Translations under genes and position numbers: made by a program
Notes under the pieces: generated by a model
What the model saw: the letters and a program-made list of their open reading frames with translations, nothing else
Told to the model about the DNA's origin: nothing
The model's database searches: none
Part shown: positions 60,701 to 64,000 of the stretch, in pieces
How the letters are laid out: the number at the start of each line of letters is the position of its first letter
How positions within the stretch are numbered: position 1 is the stretch's first letter
Assembly (NCBI GenBank): GCA_013265495.1
Contig: MU058769.1
Span: forward strand, 208,477 to 272,476
Origin: Vicugna vicugna
Lineage: Eukaryota
Direction: 5' to 3'
DNA length: 64,000 nucleotides

Positions 60701-62072
60701 CTGTAATAAAAGGCAGCATGAATCTCTGGTCAGAAATGGAATTGCAAGTAAGTACAAGAAGTTCATGGAAAAATGCATCTGACCCTGATGGCAGAATGAG
60801 CATGGGAGGCACGAGGACTATCCGGAGGTCCAGCTCCTGGCAGCGTAAACTGAGGCAGCTGCAGGGCCACAACTTGTATGCTGTGTCAAGACCCTTCGCG
60901 GATCGTTTCAGGGCTTGCAAACTAGCCAGGCTTCCTGGCAGGGAGGGGTCCAGGTGGTAAGGAAAGGCTGAAAAGAACAGGCAGAATGGGTAGAAAAAGG
61001 AAGGCAAAGGAAAAGGAGACAGTTTCTTGATTTCCCAACAATTCAAAGATACGTGACCCACTGACAGGAAAAATGGAGAACCTATAAAAAGCATTTAAAT
61101 TCCCTCAATAAGACCACCCCTCCCAACTAGCAGGACAAAGCCCTGCTGTAAGCCGGGCAAAGAGGAGGTAAGAAATGAAACGCGCTGAGCTGCCCATAAC
61201 TCAGAGGTGAGGAGCTGGACCTTTCCTGAAAGGGCAAAGGGGGCAAGGAGGAACAAGAAGGGAAGCACGCAAATGTATTCTTAAGATGAAACTGAAAGTT
61301 AAATATAATAAAAAGGCCAACAGACCTCCCCTACAGACGGGCCTGCTGGCATGTTCCTGAAAGCGAGCAGGACTGAGAATGTCATAGGTGTGAGAACTAA
61401 CTCCAAGGTCAACACGACAGCTCCTGCAGCTTTAATGGATAATCCATGTAGATAAGCAGGTAGGGGCCTATGGGGCTTGTCACTTGCTAGTTCTGCAACA
61501 TGAGTTTGTTACATTTTTTAAAATGTATTCATTTAAAAAGCAAGACAGATAAATAATTATTTTCCTCTTAAAACAGGTAAAGCGAGGATTATGCTAAAGT
61601 CACTGAAATAAAAGCAGAAGTGGAAGAGACTCAGATCTGTAGATTCGTCTCTAAAACATGCAGCCTATAGTCTGAAAGCATTACTTCACATGTGACAGTT
61701 CTCACTTCTGAGTTTGAAATGCCATGACTGGATCAACTTTCAAAGAGGAGCTGGAATGCCATGTGGCCATCCAGGTTCTTTGGAAACATAAAGGTGGGCC
61801 GAGAGCTTAACCAATGGGAAGCAATGGGATAAAGCAATAAGGATGAGTGATAAAGCAATCACTTACTTTATCCACTCTCCTTCCGTGAGATCCCAGAGAC
61901 CACCAAGGCCATTTCCAGAGGGAGGCCTACTCACATTCAGGCCTCGAATTTCAGTGGGAGAACTTCTGCACTATCTCCCTCTATTACAAAGATTTGAGAA
62001 GCAATTGCACAACACATGCAACCTGCACCATCCAGGTACAAGCCAATCCACGTGAAGATAACTGACTGCCAC

Positions 62073-64000
62073 CTAGGTCAGGAAGTTGTTCTGTTGTGCG
62101 ACAATGGGGTACCGAGGATCCGCGTCCTCCTCCTCAGAGGATGTCTGTTCATAGAGTTCATCCTGGGCAATAATGCTCCCTAAGCCATACTCCTGCTCGT
62201 GGACAGAGACCTCATTCAGAGTGAGGTGGAAAGAACCTTCCACAAAATCAGCAAATCTGCAAGAGAGAAGATAATAGTCATTAGGAACCTGCCTGCTGCC
62301 TTTTCTGTTTTCTTTCAAAATAAGAGTAAATTGAAACCCCTGATACGCTCTCAGCTCAAATTATATTGAGTCTAGCCAATACCTTTGTTCTTACTCCGGC
62401 AGGTAAGCAGCCTAAAGCAAGAAATAAGAAGAAAAGGAAAGCTGGGGTCACAGGCCAAAGTCCCCGGCAACCCCATCCTGCTTAGTAAGCACGCCCAGTC
62501 ATGGGGTGGTAGTTGCCCTTCTCAGTTGTGGAAGTGCTAAAGTTCCCTTAGTCATCGTAATCCCGACAAGAGGGGATTAAGGGGTGTTTATCTGTGTTTA
62601 TGGCCCTATAAACTTTATGGCATCAGGATTCCAAATTGAAGCTTCACCTACTCATTGGTACGGTTGCTTCCAAATAAAAAGGACCCCATTCCCCTGCTGC
62701 CAAAAGTTTTTTAAAAACCACTCAAAGAGCAATGAATCAGAGAGGAAACAATACGGTACTGGAGTCTTTCCATCTGAATGCTACAGACAAAGCCACAGCA
62801 AAGAGCTCCTTGAGGAACCCCAAAAGGCTTCACATATGATGATATACACACCTTTCTCTTGACTACTCCCAACGAACAAGAAAACAGAGCCGTAGGTACA
62901 AAATGATCACCCAGAAGTAGGCTCTCTGGGCATGGCCACCCTGACAGACATGCGGCATTTTTGGCCAAGAGTTTATGTACCTCTTTGGAGACTGGATTCG
63001 AGAAATGGTTTTCCAAGCTGAGCAGTCTGGACTGTTGCAGTATTCTCTAAGCTCCTCTAAAGCCTTTCGGGTCTCCACTTCTCCTTGTATCCGATACTCT
63101 TCTTCTGTCAGGAGACGAGGGGGGACAGTCTTTTCTGTTGCCTTACACACCTTTCTGTGCTCACCAAAATAACACCATGAATGATTAATCAGTAATCGAC
63201 ATCCATCTTACCTTCAGCGGGCCAAGCATACAGCAGAGAGCCTGAACATTAAGAGTCACTGCTCCCACCTTTCTCCTATAGACACTTTTAGTTATAATGA
63301 ACTCGACACATTAGACTATGAGTGACAAATGAGGAGTCAGTGTTATTCACTAATGTGAATAAATTCACTTATTTTCCAATAAATGATAGACAAAATATTT
63401 ATCTTCCCATAAACCGAAAAATCACAAGAAAATGATGGCATAAGACTGTGGTCCATTAACTTGAGCCCCCCAAACTGAAGACATCACTTTGACTATCTAT
63501 AATAGTCAACCACAGATAACCTCAGAACCTATGACCACTCCATAGTCACTATGCAAGATGATAACATGCTTTGAATTGCATCTTAAAATAAGACAGGACT
63601 TCCAGAGCAATCTGAGAGCCAGTGTGAAACAATCCGAAACCAGGTGACCTGAGGCGTGTGGGGTAAAAGTGATACACTCGGCACCACCTAGTGGTAACAG
63701 GAACACATGACATTTCACTAGATGCTTTCATTTCATGTAAAATAACTAGAATTTATAAGTTCTACAAAATGCCTACATAGAATCTAAAAAGAAAGACAAG
63801 AAAGAAATTAAAGTGAAGCATAACACCATTAACAAACAGGCTCCCAGGGTAACACCTCTGTAGCCTTCTGCTGCAACTGCACCCCACATCACACACTTCA
63901 GTACAGAGCTACGTTGCCTTGCAGTCACCTGTAGGTGATGTACAGCCAGTGAACAGGGTACTCCAGGTTCTTAGTACACAGTGCAATGATGACAACGCCA
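62073..64000 (-). CDS. NEMP1: Nuclear envelope integral membrane protein 1 (TMEM194A), last three coding exons: 63929->64000 (partial), 62981-63154, 62073-62256
   Basis: Spliced product: ...[104 protein letters not shown]...NNFLT*. GT-AG with consistent phases. Confidence 0.95.

Noticed and set aside
1..64000. CRISPR arrays, operons or another novel multi-gene system
   Set aside because: This is intron-rich mammalian DNA. The five genes are known orthologs in conserved order, and I saw no repeat-spacer array or unexplained coding exon.

Overview
Mammalian genomic DNA containing the conserved syntenic block GPR182(+), ZBTB39(-), TAC3(-), MYO1A(-) and the 3' end of NEMP1/TMEM194A(-). A tRNA-Ala(AGC)-derived SINE of the vic-1 type suggests a camelid. 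I traced all coding exons by hand. GPR182 (398 aa), ZBTB39 (711 aa), TAC3 (126 aa, intact neurokinin B) and MYO1A (27 coding exons, 1043 aa) all have open frames and GT-AG splice sites. The rest is L1, L2, MIR, LTR and DNA-transposon relics plus two N gaps. I found no evidence of a wholly new gene system. The best leads are: (1) Ser instead of the usual Asn at position 3.35 of GPR182, inside an apparently GC-biased stretch; (2) two tandem uORFs in the ZBTB39 leader, one spliced and stopping 1 nt before the main ATG; (3) an LTR inserted in reverse inside a copy of its own family; (4) two exact 23-24 nt local duplications. Ortholog comparisons and repeat family names come from memory and need checking by alignment.
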